Origin: Octopus vulgaris
Taxonomy: Eukaryota
DNA: 64,000 bases
Assembly (NCBI GenBank): GCA_951406725.2
Contig: OX597825.1
Span: 24,738,001-24,802,000, forward strand
Direction: 5' to 3'
How positions within the stretch are numbered: the stretch's first letter is position 1; every line of letters begins with the position of its first letter. A model generated the notes under the pieces. The model was not told the origin of the DNA. It saw only the letters and a list, made by a program, of their open reading frames with translations, and did no database searches. Below are positions 13,364-28,034 of this stretch, piece by piece. A program made the translations under genes and the position numbers.

Positions 13364-14164
13364 TGTATGTATATATATGTATGTATGTATAAATATATAT
13401 GTATATATATACATATATGTACATATATTTGTATATATATGTATATATATATATATGTACATATATGTATATATATACATATATATTTATACATACATAT
13501 ATATCTTTATATATGTATATATATATATATGTGTATATATATATATATGTAAATCAACAAAAGCAAATATCAGAACTGGACTTTAAAAAAACTATTGTGG
13601 CTAAAAAGAACACATTCATTTTGTCATTTCTTTAAATTATTCTATCATTCTTTAAAAATTCCTCATTATCATACATACATGTGTGTGTTAATTTTTTGTT
13701 TTTTTAACTTTTTTTTTTTCATTTTTTGAGGAAAAACAAATTCAGCAAAATTTGTTTTCTTTTACACAAATATATAATAACAACTCACTTGTTGTACCAA
13801 CTGCTGGAGTGATGGATTAATCCTGTATTAACAGTATTTTGATGAGGGTAGAAAAGAGGATGTACAAAAAATGTCCTTCATCATGTGATAGTTTTATGAG
13901 AAGTCATGTTATATATGAATTACATTTCAGAGGCCTGTACTTCAGAAGCTTTGAAGTCAGCCAATGAACAAAAGTGGACATATCCGATGTTTGAAGAACT
14001 GGTGGGTGGAGTAATTTGTAAAATGGTCAGCGGTGAAGTTCTTTTCTTATTTGAATTCCAAGAGAATTTTGGTTGTAGCGAAAGCATTTGATCTCTTATA
14101 CAGAACTCTGTATAACTTTTTCTTTTTATCATATTGACCTTTATTCGCTTTAAATCATTGTGAT

Positions 14165-14212
<48 letters not shown>

Positions 14213-14650
14213 CATGCTGGAACATCACCATCATAAAACAGAGATAAGTGTAGGGACATGAATTGGCGTTTAAATGGCAGTGAAATGGCTAAATGGGTAA
14301 AGGTAGCATTGCCAGCTCTTGGGTTGCAGGCTCAAGTCCAAGGCAAGATGTATTGCACTGGATTACATGAGGAGGATGACATCATATTCTGTGTGCTAAA
14401 AGGGGCTTTATTAAGAACCTGGAATTTCTAGATTGCAGCTGTTAGATAGGGGATTCATCTTTCATATTATTAATTTAACGGGTTGCAGATTGGAGAATCA
14501 ATTCCTGAGAAAATTTGAGATTCATATAAATTTTTTTTGATTTTGAAAGTAAATAAGCAAGATAAAAAGAAAGAAAATGATTTTTATCTATCTTTAAAAA
14601 TTTCATCTTTTTAAAAAAATAGAGTTTATGTTAATTTGCCGGTGAGGCAT

Positions 14651-14770
14651 CACAGATACCAGGAAACCCCAAAATGACAGAAATTCAAAAGATAGTACTC
14701 ATGGGAACTGCCCATATCCTTACATAAGATACTGTCTATGTAATCTCAAATTTTAAAACAAACTTATGGT
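14651..14770 (+). mobile_element. Short 3' fragment of the same R4/Dong LINE
   Basis: Near-match to 9563-9675 (CCCAAAATG.CAGAAATTCAAAAGATAGT..TCATGGGAACTGCCCATATC). Confidence 0.8.
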
Positions 14771-15167
14771 GTCTTTATTCTTAAGTCTCATAACACACTA
14801 AAACTGCATCATCACATTGTGTATATAATCAACTTAATTTTCAGTCCTGATAATACCAAGAAAAGGAGTTGAACTCCAGCTCTGTAATCTTATTAGAAAC
14901 TCATCAATTTTATCACATTACATTTAATTATTTTCTCAACTTTACATCCCTCATGGTGGATTAGTGTAACAAGCAGCTCATAACCTATTTATGAAGGATC
15001 TTTATCACAGTCCCACAAGGTATACATTACAACAGTGGCAACACAGTGCACTATCAACTCAGTACTTTTGTATAGTTTAAATATGCGGGTGCATGTGTGT
15101 ATGCATATATATATATATATATACACACACACATATATACATATACACATATATACACATACAGATG

Positions 15168-15221
<54 letters not shown>

Positions 15222-16249
15222 TCATGGACGAACTATATAAACGATTTTCAGATAAGTAAAAGTGGGTGGCAAGCCTTACAAATGTGATTAATCTACTAAA
15301 AATTAATTGTAGTTTAACCACTTCATTTACTTTTGCACCTAGGTAAAAGTTTGTGTTTATACACACCTTGCATTCTTACTCTGCTATATATATGTCATTA
15401 TTCAGTTTATTTCAAGATTTCTTGCCAAAAGAGAAAGAACCGGTTTCTAACCTAGATCCAAGGTTTCTAACCTAGATCCATTGGAATTTCAACATCAACA
15501 ACAGGATATTTTTGTTTGTATGTATGTGCAGATTTGTATGTTCTGTGTATGTATGAATGCATGTATGTATGTACGTACGTACGTACGTATGTATGTATGT
15601 ATGTATGTATGTATGTATGTATGTATGTATGTATGTATGTATGTATGTATGTATGTATGTACGAACGTAAGCATATATGGATATATGGATTGGTGAACAT
15701 TTGTGTTTACAGACGAAGAAAAAGGGGCTCAAGACATCAGATTATATAATAGAGTTTATATGTTTATAAGCTGATGCTTCCTCAATCTTTATTTTGAGTT
15801 TCCTGTTACGGATTATTCAAACAAGTAAGGAATATAAGTAGCGTGATAATATATAAGGAAAAATATTCATAAACACATTGAAATACGATTAGCCATCAAG
15901 ATTTAATTGGTTCCCAAAAAAGAAAACTTTAAAAATCTGTCATACATCTAGCTGATTAATTGTTATATTCAGAACACGAAAGATAATCATAAATTTTAAT
16001 TCAAAAGCGTCCGATATTTTCCTGATTCCATGGAAATATCACATATGTAAAAACACACAGAAATGAGGAAGATGGCTATTGTTAATGAAATGATAGCATT
16101 ATCTAATAAGTAAATTTTGTTTAATATATGACCAGCATTCAAATTATGGTAAATTTATTATTTGAGAAACAAACTATTTTAACCAGTTTCATTTGGACAT
16201 TCCTCAAAACAAAATATCGATGAAAGTGTCTGTAAGAGTTCACCAATTT

Positions 16250-17420
16250 CGCAATTATGGCCAAAGTTGCAAAGGAGTGTCAAAATATGTTATATACGTC
16301 TCCAAGAGATAATAATCACATCATCTAGATGAGCTAATGTATGAGGACACGGATTCTAGAAAAGAACAAACGGTTTGATAATTGTTACTTTTACGATCCT
16401 TCAAATTCCAGATACATTTAAATAATGAGATGGTTACACGTCTTTCTAAGTGACAGAATGTATACCAATTTTGCGAGAGTCTGTTTTTAAAGGAACTTTC
16501 AGCGATCTTTATGAAGGTTTTTGCTTCACTGTTATTTGCAAGACAAACCTACACCTTATATTCATAAACTAACACGTAGGGTTGTTAAAATTACATAGCA
16601 GAGAATAAGTTTCCGTGTTCGTATTGCATAGTTTTATTCTATTTGAATAAGCAGCGAAATTTTGGGTGCAAATGTAACTCATCTAAATGTTATTTTTATT
16701 AAACACTTTTTATGATATCGATATTCTAGAAGAAAAGCTTATTTATAAAGTTTTGGAAAATCTTCTAAGCATTGCAACAGATATTTAAACTACATGGTGG
16801 ATTCTACCATATAATATACAGTTTCTTATTTTTGCGTTTTTTTAATATTAGTCTCCTATGTAAATACTACATTACGTCTTTGAATTCATTGTTTTTAATG
16901 TGTCATGGTAATAATGAACAGCTAATTGAAAGGATCCCTCACCAAAGGATAAACTGTACAAACGTTTACTAATATTAATTAAATTTCTAAAATTTATTGA
17001 GGCGTTGTTGAAATTTGTATTAATATATAGCAATTTCTCACCAAGGTCACTATAAGAGCAATATTTACCACTATCTAAATTTATAGAAAATTAACGCTAC
17101 TTTAAACTGTAAATCTAACAATTTCAATATGCTAATGAACTCGTTTATACCATCCATTGTGTGGCCATTTATAAGTCCCAAAACGAATAGCCCATCATCA
17201 CGATAAATACTGAACACTGCAAAGCAGAATCTCTTCCAAGGTCCAAAACGTAGAACCCTATCAATTTGCAAATCGCCTTATTGTCTATTGGTCATCTATT
17301 TGAAAAAAAAAAACATTCAATTTTTCGTCAACACTACAACTGCATTAAAAATAACCATCTTGCTTTCTTCTGTGTTTTGTACATGTGATAGTACAAACAT
17401 GAAAATATCGCATGCTTTTG
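16250..17420 (-). pseudogene. Decayed Penelope-like element, RT followed by GIY-YIG endonuclease
   Basis: Minus-strand YRDDGL RT motif (~17190-17207); downstream KTFIKIAESSFKNR...IWNLKD resembles the PLE GIY-YIG YIG.AE..FK.R...IW.LK; many stops and frameshifts. Confidence 0.7.
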
Positions 17421-18108
17421 CATGTGAATTCATAAATAGATCATGGGTTTTGCTTATAAAAATTAAATAGATGAATAACAATTAAGTAGTTGAAAATCAT
17501 TTTCTAATCTTGATCAGTAAACTTGATCATATTTTTAGGTGTTTACGAATATTTTTTCCTTAACACGCTGGTCCCTATTTTCGTTTGAATAACTAGCAAC
17601 GAGAAACTAAAGTAACGATTTAAGGAGCTTATCATTGTCATCATTGTTGTTGCTATTTCGGCTAATGCGGTTGACTGTTAGTCTGGGGTTTCTCAGATTC
17701 CCGCCGGTTCATTGCTGGATCCAGCTTCTTCCAGTTTATTGTTTCTGATGAACCTTTGGGACGTACAGGAATCTTCCGAGTAATAATCAATTTGCTCAAC
17801 CGGAACAAATTATCATACTCTAATCATGGTATCGAGAACTTATCTACAGCTCGTTACTACTAGCGAGCGTGTGTATGCATGGACTGCGTTGGCTGTGCAT
17901 GTGCGTGCATGTGTGTGTGTGTGCGTGTGTGTACATGCGCGTTTATAGTGGAAAATACAGTCAAATTCTTATCCCCGACACCTTGAGTTTCCATTCAGTA
18001 GAACTGGTCAATCCACATTCTTTCTTCAATGAGCTAGACTCGGTACTGAGTACTTTCCACAGTTTGTTGCCACTTATGTAACGTATGAATACATATGACA
18101 TATATGCA

Positions 18109-18150
<42 letters not shown>

Positions 18151-19663
18151 GCACGCACACATTATTTTTGTACATTGAGGATCTAGGCGAGATACTGTCA
18201 TCTCCTAGATGTTAATAATAATGAGCAAGTCTTCTAGGATAATACTGCCTAGCGTAAGTTACCGTTGCATACAGAAGATGGTGTTGTTTCCCATTTTTTA
18301 AATGGTTATTTGAACCGGAATTAAACTCCAGGACTAAGAAATCGTGTGTGTGGAATAATAACAATACAGAGCAAGGATTCTGTATGTCATGTTTTTTTTC
18401 TTTTATCTTTTTTTCTTTTCAATTTGGTATTTGAAATTGCTAAAATTTTCCGAAACCAAAATCTATTACGATGCAGGATATTGAATCGAAAAGTAACTTA
18501 TAAGTTGAAACGGAAATTTTGAACATGAATAAAATTTCGGCTGTTTATTCAATAAATAGCTGAAATCGATAAATATATATATATATATCACTTATTGGAT
18601 AAAAAAAAAAATTTCAAGTAATCGAGTTTAAATTCTAATTCGATTTTATTTGATTTTTCTCTCTCTTCGAATACAGCTTATGAAAACATTTGTTACATTA
18701 ATTCGGCTGGATTTTTTTTACAATTTTTATTGTTTATTTTTTTAATAGCCGAAAAGAAAAAATCAGAGAAGCGAAGGGTGGGGGCAGGAACTTCTAAAAT
18801 TCAGAAATTCTTTTCTTCTTGGGAAGGAATCCTGCAGAGTCTTTGAAATCGTTATCTGTTCCCAAAATGTAGTCATAATTACAAAGACGAAGACTTCCTT
18901 TTTGTTTTAAGTTATTTTGGTACTTCAAATAGCAAATTACTCAAGCTGAGTAAAGCTTAGGTGAAATGAAAGATGTATATTCAGGTGCTGCAGGTAATAA
19001 ACTCGATGAGGTACTGCACAACCATCCGAATTCAGTAGGGTGTATCATATTCCAAACTTGACTCTGCTCAGCTATCATAACCAGGACACTTAATTATCAA
19101 CGTCTCAGTTCACCTGGTATATCACAAAGTGACAGGGTTCGCTGTTATCCACTTGGACACCAACAGCATAGCAAGTGGAGAGGCGAAAGGCAGCCCCGAG
19201 TGATGCTTTTATGGGGCAGCATTTTTAGGTTTGGTGTATAAGCCTACATAGGCTCGGGGACACCAGGAGCACAAGGGCGCGGCAAACCTAAAGGCTACCC
19301 CGGGTGCATGCACTCCCACTATCCCACTGATTGGCACAGCTGTAATAATCAACGAGTACTCTGTTAGTTTATGGTCCTGAGTTTTGTTCTTCTTATTGAT
19401 ACTATTTATAAAAAGAGATAGGCCCCCACCGATTTTGTCTATATGACCAAGCGTAAATAAGACAGTAGCCGAAGATTCGGGTCCCCAGACATGAAAATAT
19501 TAATATATTAATATTAAGTTGAGGTTATATGAGATAATGGTGTCAATGAGACCCCAAAGTGTCAGGCAATATTGAATAAGTGCTATAGACAGACCGTAGT
19601 TAAGTTCCAGATTCGGTAATATTTCGAATAAAGGGTTCAACATTGATCTTATGTCAGCGTGTG

Positions 19664-19871
19664 TATATATGAATTTTTTGCGTAATGAGATAAAAAAAAA
19701 ACCAAGGCTGTATAGATATTAGAGCATTTATAGATAGAAGGTCTTACAAAAGTTTATAGGATATTAATTAATAATATCACAGAAACAGCCGTAAGACCTA
19801 TCTATAAATGCTCTAATATCTATACAGCCTTGGGGTTTTTTTTATCTCATTACGCAAAAAATTCATATATA
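19664..19871. mobile_element. Fold-back element with ~83-bp inverted arms, ending in TA-rich sequence
   Basis: Arms 19664-19747 and 19791-19871 are near-perfect reverse complements; GAAACAGCCGTA (3' half of a hammerhead-like motif) lies at the inner edge of the right arm. Confidence 0.8.
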
Positions 19872-21389
19872 TTAATATTAATATATTTTTAAAGCACTCA
19901 CACTGCTATTGTTTAGTTTGTAGACACGCTTGAGCGTTAGATTTAATATTTCTCTGCACTTAGTCCAACGGTTTCCACACAGGCGATAGCAAGCGCCATT
20001 TCTCGCAAAGGGTGTTCAGATTGTTTGATGTGATGGTACAAGTGAGGATAATTTTTAAAATAGCGTTGATTTAATTCCTTTTTTGGAACAGTGGATCGCG
20101 AAGCACATTAAGACTATTAAATGTAGCTTGTAAACATTGGGTCGAAAAAGCCAAATATATAGAATTCGAAGGCTGCCTTTTATCAAAAAGTGGTTTTTAA
20201 CACAACATTTATATGCCATTATTTAAAGTTTTATGTGCTCAGAGATCCACTCTTCCAGAAACAAAAGAAAAAGACTTATTTGGCGGACGTTCTCTCGAAA
20301 TTTTATATATTCTTATAACATCAACAAGTGCTGATTTAATTATCACGCTTCCGTGATTATTCCTTTGCTGTTGTCTTCTGTGTATGTGTGTGACTCCCCT
20401 CTAGACCCCTACACATCATTAAGCATAATGTCACGTGATACTAAAGGAAAGAGGTGCGGAAAAGGCAAAGGCGGTGATGAAACTAAAAGCATTCAGCATT
20501 CTGCTGAGTTCAACTCACGAAAACGCTAACATTGCCTTTCGTATCTTTTAAATTGATAAAATGAGTCAACCAGTCATACACTAGGGTCAAGTCAGTCGAC
20601 TACATTTGCCTTCTCTTCTAACAGAATTTGGACTTATGCATACGCAAAGAAAATAGAATATCATTTTTGTCAGTTTAAACACAACCTTTATTTCGAATTC
20701 CATGCTTTATATTTCTGAATCATTCTTTATTCAAGTTTATTTTGACTTTCTAGAAAGTTAATTCGTCAAAATTCTTGATTGAAGATCATTCATAGCATCG
20801 AAGACATATTTTTCGATAACATTATCAATATCATATACTTAATGCATATGTCTTGTTAAAAGCTAATAGCTGTAGTATTCCGTCTAAAGGAAATCCGTCA
20901 AAGATGTATAGTGTTAAAAAAAAATTACGCAGTATATCTCAAAGTTAGACGAAACGTTTTTTAACATCATATGTTAGTTTCGCCCATTTTTTAAGTATAC
21001 TGTGTTTTTTTTTTAACATTATACACCCTTGGAAGGACCTCTCTTAAACGTGATATCGCAGCTACAAGCGTATATCAACACACATTGAGCTATATTGATA
21101 GCATTTACGTTATTGAGATGCTTCTAACACGAACTTTGAATGATCTTTTTGCTTTTTTCTCTGTAACTACACAAGACAATGAATTAAGTGACACGATTTC
21201 ACCTGACTAAATGTCATTCTTCGTCAATGGTTCTCAAACTAGCAAATACCCCCAACTCCACCTCTGCACCCAAAATATCAAAAAACAAAATTACTGAAAG
21301 CTCGTCCACGTTCTCTTTATCGATGAGATCACATAATTGAGCTTGCATCGATATAATCTTACTTGCTTCACCAAGATATTTGACAAGTT

Positions 21390-21800
21390 GGATCTTTTCG
21401 GTTTGAACGGCAGTTTTTTTCTAGCGGTGTCATATGAAATTGTCAACCATAATTATGACCCTAGAATCGATCTATTGCATTTCAATCTCTTTTAGGGTTA
21501 GGGGTGGGGGAAGGGTATCTTTTTTCTTCACAAATGTAAATAAACCCAATCTGTTTCTTAAACGAGGGACATATTCATACGGCACAGAATGCTTTTTACC
21601 TCAATGGACGTCATTGATTGGTTGAAATTGCAGAAATTGAAGAAAAAAAACAACAAATATCTTACAAACTATAGAATTTTCTCAATAAAGCCAAGAGAAA
21701 AATATGTTTTATAAACACATTCTACCAGTATACGAAGTTTAAAATTTTTTAGTTACGTGGAAATTATTTTAAAAAACTGCCGTTCAAACCGAAAAGATCC
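21390..21800 (+). mobile_element. MITE, ~411 bp, ~28-bp TIRs (GGATCTTTTCGGTTTGAACGGCAGTTTTT), copy 1
   Basis: Perfect TIRs; degenerate 8-bp TSD GACAAGTT/GGCAAGAT. Confidence 0.9.
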
Positions 21801-23404
21801 GGCAAGATTTTAAAAAGCTACAAACTTTAATGATTTTATTAAGCATAACATTTTGTCCCCATCACCACCACCACCATCCCGCCAGCCTCCTTTTCAATCA
21901 TTACAGCTTCTTCTACAACATGAGAAGCACTGCTTTACACCATCCTGCTCGGATGAATTTCTCGGTCGTCTCCTCCGGTGACTATAAAATTAGTTCCAGA
22001 AACTGGATAGTAGTCTTAATCCATCGTTCGATTTAACATCACCACTTCGTCCTTGATTAATTTAACTTAGTATTGCACTTTGTTTGCAAACATCCGAGCT
22101 GTCTCCGATCTGAAAGAAGATTACTCCGTTCTTCCCACAAAGCATTTGAGCCCTAAAGGAACATAGATTCTGCTCTTTCCTCTTGAACTTAGCCCTGATA
22201 TATAAACAAATACACACACACAAATACAGGTACACACATACACAGAAGAGTTTATTCAAGCGATTATAATCCTCCCAACTCTTGGAAAAGTTAATCTTCC
22301 TCGTTTATAAAAGTAAAATATTGCTAATTAAAGTAATTAGGAAATCGCAGAAACGACAGAGCGCCGGACTAAATTCGTTCTTTTACGTTCTAAATACGGC
22401 TCCCACTTACCGACGACAACTCACCTCTCATCCTTTATGGATTGATAAAATAAATACTAGCTATATACTTGGGTCCATACAATCAACAATATACTCACGT
22501 ACTAAGTTAATGTTTATTGCCTTTAAATCTGTTTTGTATTATAAGCCCTTAAATCTTATAATTTGACCCTTTTTACTCAAATTAAGATATCATTTATGGT
22601 ATTTACAATGATAGCGAGCAGGCAGAAGCGCTGTCGCATCGGGAAAAAAATGCTTAGCAGCGTTTTTTCCAACCCTTTACGTCCTGAGATCAAATTCTGC
22701 AGAGATCGACTTTACCTTTCATCCTTTCGGGGTCGATAAAATAAGTACCAGTGGGCACTGGGGGGTCGATACAATCGACTTCCCCCTCCCTTCAAAATTG
22801 TTGGCCTTATGCTAAAATTAGACAGAATACTATTTACAATAATATGGAGCATTGTTGGAATAACAGAATTGGTAAAGAAGAAACCTATCAAGAAAGTAAT
22901 TTTATCTGTAACCATTCCACATTTATTATTTATTTCGTTGTTATTTTATTTTTTATTTTTTTCAGATACATTGTGTCTAAAAGATCACGTTGTCCAATAA
23001 CTTCTTTTTTCTGTAAAACGGTAGGTTGTGATTTGAGGGAGATTTGGCTGCTAATCCTAGCGAGTCGAGTGTCAGCAGAAAGAAATAGTAAAACATTGAC
23101 ATCCTTTTAATTTGTGTTGTCTTGTGCCAATGCTGGAAATTTTTTTTATAATTTCCATAAAGCAACAGAGTTACAGAGTCGTTACAGCTCCAGCTGATGT
23201 CTTCTGGTAGTTACTTAGTTCAGTTAACATTCTCAGTTCGAATTTTGCCGGGATCGAATTTTGGTTTCATCTTTCATGGGCCGATGAAATAAAGTATGAA
23301 TATCGGGGTCGATTTCATTGACTGCACATCCAAGCCTGGTCTTGTTCTTTTAATTTGTTTTAGTCATCGCAACCGAGGCTAAACCTGGGCAGTGTGTTAA
23401 TGTT

Positions 23405-23810
23405 AAATATCCTCTGTGTACCATACTTAAAGCAGATACTACACTGAAAGCCTTATATTCTGTAGTATGCATCTCTTATAGATGTATAGTGTTAAACAAA
23501 AACTTAGAAATATATCAGTTGTGAACAGAAATCGTCCAGCAACGATAGTGGCGTTACTAAATACGTATTTCTGTTTCTTTGAGCTTCGTCAACAGTAAGA
23601 TCCCCTGGAAAACACAGACCAAGAATTTCGGTAGAAATAAGTATTGAGCAACGACACTACTACTGAACAATTTCGTTTGCTACTGATATATTTCTATGTT
23701 TTTAACACTATACGTCTATAAAAAGATGCTTTCTCGAGATGAATATTTTAGTTTATAAAGCTTTCGATTATGTATCTGCTTTAAGTATGATACACAGATT
23801 GCTATTTTGA
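23405..23810. repeat. Degenerate inverted pair of the ~315-bp repeat family
   Basis: CATACTTAAAGCAGATAC (~23421) versus GTATCTGCTTTAAGTATG (~23772); TATAGTGTTAAA versus TTTAACACTATA. Confidence 0.65.
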
Positions 23811-24223
23811 ACTAATACTGCTTCTGCTGCTAAATACATACTGTTAAAAATATCCTGTGCAACGAGAATTGTACCCCAAGGGAATTTTTGGTCAGTCAAA
23901 ATCATGACCTCGTTCTGAATTTCCGTTCATATTTATACAGCTTACGAAAACATTCGGAGTCATCCGAACCTGAAACGGCAGCCAAATTTCTTTCAGATCA
24001 CAAGAACATGTTGCATAACATAGTCCCCGATATATAAAAAGGTCTACTCGATTATGACTGCATTAACGAACGATCACAACCGTCAAATTAACTCGTTTGT
24101 CTCCTTTTCTAAAATACAGTTTCCATGTTTCTAGTGATACTGCCGCCGTCAGCACAGAAAGGGTTTCGTTTTCAAAACAGTAAGTGTAGGAAAGGCATGA
24201 GTGTCAAAAGACCTCGTATTTTT

Positions 24224-24631
24224 GGATCTTTTCGGTTTGAACGGCAGTTTTTTCTAGCGGTGTCATATGAAATTGTCACCCATAATTATGACCCTAGAAT
24301 CGATCTATTGCATTTCAATCTCTTTTAGGGTTAGGGGTGGGGGAAGGGTATCTTTTTTTCTTCACGAATGTAAATAAACCCAATCTGTTTCTTAAACGCG
24401 GGACATATTCATACGGCACAGAATGCTTTTTACCTCAATAGACGTCATTGATTGGTTGAAATTGCAGAAATTGAAGAAAAAAACAACAAATTTCTTACAA
24501 ACTATAGAATTTTCTCAATAAAGCCAAGAGAAAAAGATGTTTTATAAACACATTCTACCAGTATACGAAGTTTAAATTTTTTAGTTACCTAGAAATTATG
24601 TTAAAAACTGCCGTTCAAACCGAAAAGATCC
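24224..24631 (+). mobile_element. MITE copy 2 with perfect 8-bp TSD
   Basis: Same TIRs and interior as 21390-21800; GTATTTTT on both sides. Confidence 0.92.
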
Positions 24632-26754
24632 GTATTTTTTCTCTATTGACATCAGAAATATTTCGTTTATGTAAGAAATGAATATTTGTTTTGGGATCAA
24701 AACCTGAGTACCCATCAAACCAAAACCCCACCGACATGATTTCAATCCTTGAGTAAAGCCATTTCATTCACTTTCGCTGTTATTCATTTCTAGAAAGTAT
24801 TGAACATCACAACTTCTCATTTTCATTTCCCCACAGAAATGCAGGGATTTGAACACAAACATACCCACGCACACCCGTATACATACATACATACATATAT
24901 ACATACATACATACATACATACATACATACATACATACATACATACATACATACATACATACATACGCACGAGCGCATTCACACGTTTGGTTTAAGTTCG
25001 TTCCTCAGTCAAGTGGTACTATGTTCGATATTATTATGGGGCAATCTGAACAGCTGTTTTCTACAGTCATATCGGGTTGACCAATGCATTGTAATTAGAA
25101 TTTAGAAGACAGAAATTGTGCGGAAGCTTGTCATGTGGGTGGGTGCGTGTTGTATGTGTGTTGTGTTCACCAACATGCTGAACTTTTGTGTCAAAATTAA
25201 CGATTCGAACAAGGGCCCTTTAAAATACCTGCTAGATTGTCTTAAGTGCCGAGTTAGATTTGATCAACTGAAAACCTTTGGTCTCATTCCAGTGAATGAT
25301 ACCATTAAAAACCACTAACAGAATATACACTTAGAAATATATTGCATAAGTTCTTAAATTTGCTTACCAAAAAGGTAAAATTAAATTTGTGCAACCGAAA
25401 CTCTCAGCAAGACGACGCTTACCCAGTCGTAGTCAATCATAAATTGTAACATACCCATACATATAGACACATACATATCCATGCGTACACATGCATATGC
25501 GTCTCAACAAATATCAAGCCTGCCATATGGGTACGTTGGTGCACTCTTCATTTTGGATGGGAATACATGAAGTTATATAAGACTGTACGGGATTTTTTGG
25601 ATAAATAAATAAATGTATATATCATGGGAAGTAACTTATAAGAAAACCCTAATTGTTGTCCCCGTTTCGTTAGTCCTGGAATCTTTGCAAGGAGTTGTGT
25701 TCATATATATATATATATGGGCGCTCATATATTCTTTAAGAGGCTGTAACCGAATTGCATTTAACGCTACTGGTTGTATTTGTTCCTCATTAGCTCTGAT
25801 AAGTCTTCAATTTCAGGTCGAGTATCTGAGCCAATAGATGATGATGGCTCAGATCATCTATTGGCTGAGTCATCATCTATACGGTGGTGGTGGTGGTGGT
25901 GGTAGTCTCTTGTAGTCAGAGCTGCGCAAAGGATTTGTTTGTAGTGGTCAGGCGTACGTGTTGTACATCGGCTCACTCTCTCCATCACATCGACATTGCG
26001 TGAACAGGTACGTGGTGTGCCACGCGTCAGGTGTCGAAGTGATCGTAGAACAACGTGATACGAAGTGTTTTGCACAAGAACACAACGCATCACCCGGTCT
26101 AGGAATTGAAACCACGATCTCATAATCCTGAGTGCAGCACCTTAAACACTTGACCATGTATCCTCACGCACATATATACATACACAAACGTATAAGTCCA
26201 TATTAGCAGATCTGCCTGCCATGCATAGATATACACAGATATTTATGCATACATACTAACATGCAAGAGAAAGAAAATTACTATGGAGCGTTGACAAAGC
26301 ATTTGCAAATCCAGTACCCAAGATGCATCTTCATTTTATTGTTATTGAAGCTATTGGATATGTACCAACCAGCTTGAAGCAAAGAATTGCTTAACTTGGA
26401 TTCTTGGGTGAGCAAATAATCAAGACATCTTGGACAATAAAAATCTCCACGATTTTATTTAGATTTAAAGGATGATGACTAAAACAAAACGCTTTCCTTC
26501 AAAAATTTGCTAGCAAACAGTGGTCGGTTCAAATTAACTCTAAATTAAAACGAGGAAAAGAAACCATCCATCCATACATACATACATACATACATACATA
26601 CATACATACATACATACATACATACATACATACATACATACATGCATGAATACAGACGGACGGTTAGAAACGAAGGAAGAAAAAAAATATATATATATAT
26701 ATATATACACATACACACATAAACATCGAACAGTGAGGATGAGGGCGCAACGCC

Positions 26755-27035
26755 GCATTGCGTGATAAATATCCTTTATTTGTGGGTTAAGGCTACCAAT
26801 GGTTTCATGTCAAGAGAAATTTCTCAACAATTATCAAGCCTGCCATATGGGTACGTTGGTACACTCTTCATTTTGGATGAGAATACATGAAGTTATATGA
26901 GACTGTACGGGATTTTTGGATAAATAAATAAATGTATATATCATGGGAAGTAACTTATAAGAAAACCCTAATTGTTGTCTCACTTTCGTTAGTCCTGCAA
27001 TCTTTGTAAGGTGTTGTGTTCATATTGTTCATATA
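26755..27035 (+). mobile_element. (TA)n-terminated interspersed element; shorter copies at 25502-25712 and 37081-37185
   Basis: Shared ATGTATATATCATGGGAAGTAACTTATAAGAAAACCCTAATTGTTGTC core; common right end abutting (TA)n and variable left ends. Confidence 0.8.
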
Positions 27036-27076
27036 TATATAGAGAGAGGAATACAAATATATATGTGTGTGTGTGC

Positions 27077-27111
<35 letters not shown>

Positions 27112-27118
27112 TGTAAAT

Positions 27119-27153
<35 letters not shown>

Positions 27154-27862
27154 TAGATATAAACATACATGTATACATATACATATGTATGTATATATAT
27201 ATAGGTGTGTATACATATATATATACATGTGTATATAAATATATGTGTATATACACACACACATATATATATATATAGTTTACAAAATTTTATGGATATC
27301 TGTCAGTTTCGGCGGTGAGTATTGAAATGTTTAATCAACTGAGATATCCTACCCGTTCTTTGCATTAGCATGTAAGTGGCAGAGTATTCCGCACACACGC
27401 ATACCCATAATCATAATCCTGAAGCAGAAATTAGAGTGGCACTGTGTGCCAAGGCTAGACTTTTAATATACGGGTACATCCACCCAACGTGATCCTACAC
27501 AGTTTCTTTCTATTCAATTTCATTTCAAGGCTTCGGTCGACCCGGAGGTGCGGTAAAAAATATATGCCCAAAATACGACATTGTGGAATCGAAACTTGTG
27601 CCTGTTGATTGCGAAGCGAACTTCTTAAACATTAAACCATGCTGTATTTGTATACATACACTCATATACACATACATGAATGCATGAACATAAATACAAA
27701 GAAGTGAATGCGTATGTCTACCTGTATATATGCACATACTCAGACATACATAAATATACAAGCACAAACACATATTTGTTCATGTATGTATATAACTATA
27801 TACACACATATTTACATATACATACGTTCATATATAAACATGCATAGAAGCTCATGTATGTG

Positions 27863-27915
<53 letters not shown>

Positions 27916-27971
27916 ATATATATGAAAACTTGTATTAATGCAAATACATATATACATACATATATATACAC

Positions 27972-28034
<63 letters not shown>

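Noticed and set aside
17740-17785. CTGATGA hammerhead core
   Set aside because: No correctly placed GAAA, stem III or stem I partner
18786-18812. Heat-shock element-like GAA/TTC run
   Set aside because: Spacing does not match alternating nGAAn pentamers
21490-21515. Interstitial telomere
   Set aside because: Only two TTAGGG units, and they are part of the MITE interior in both copies
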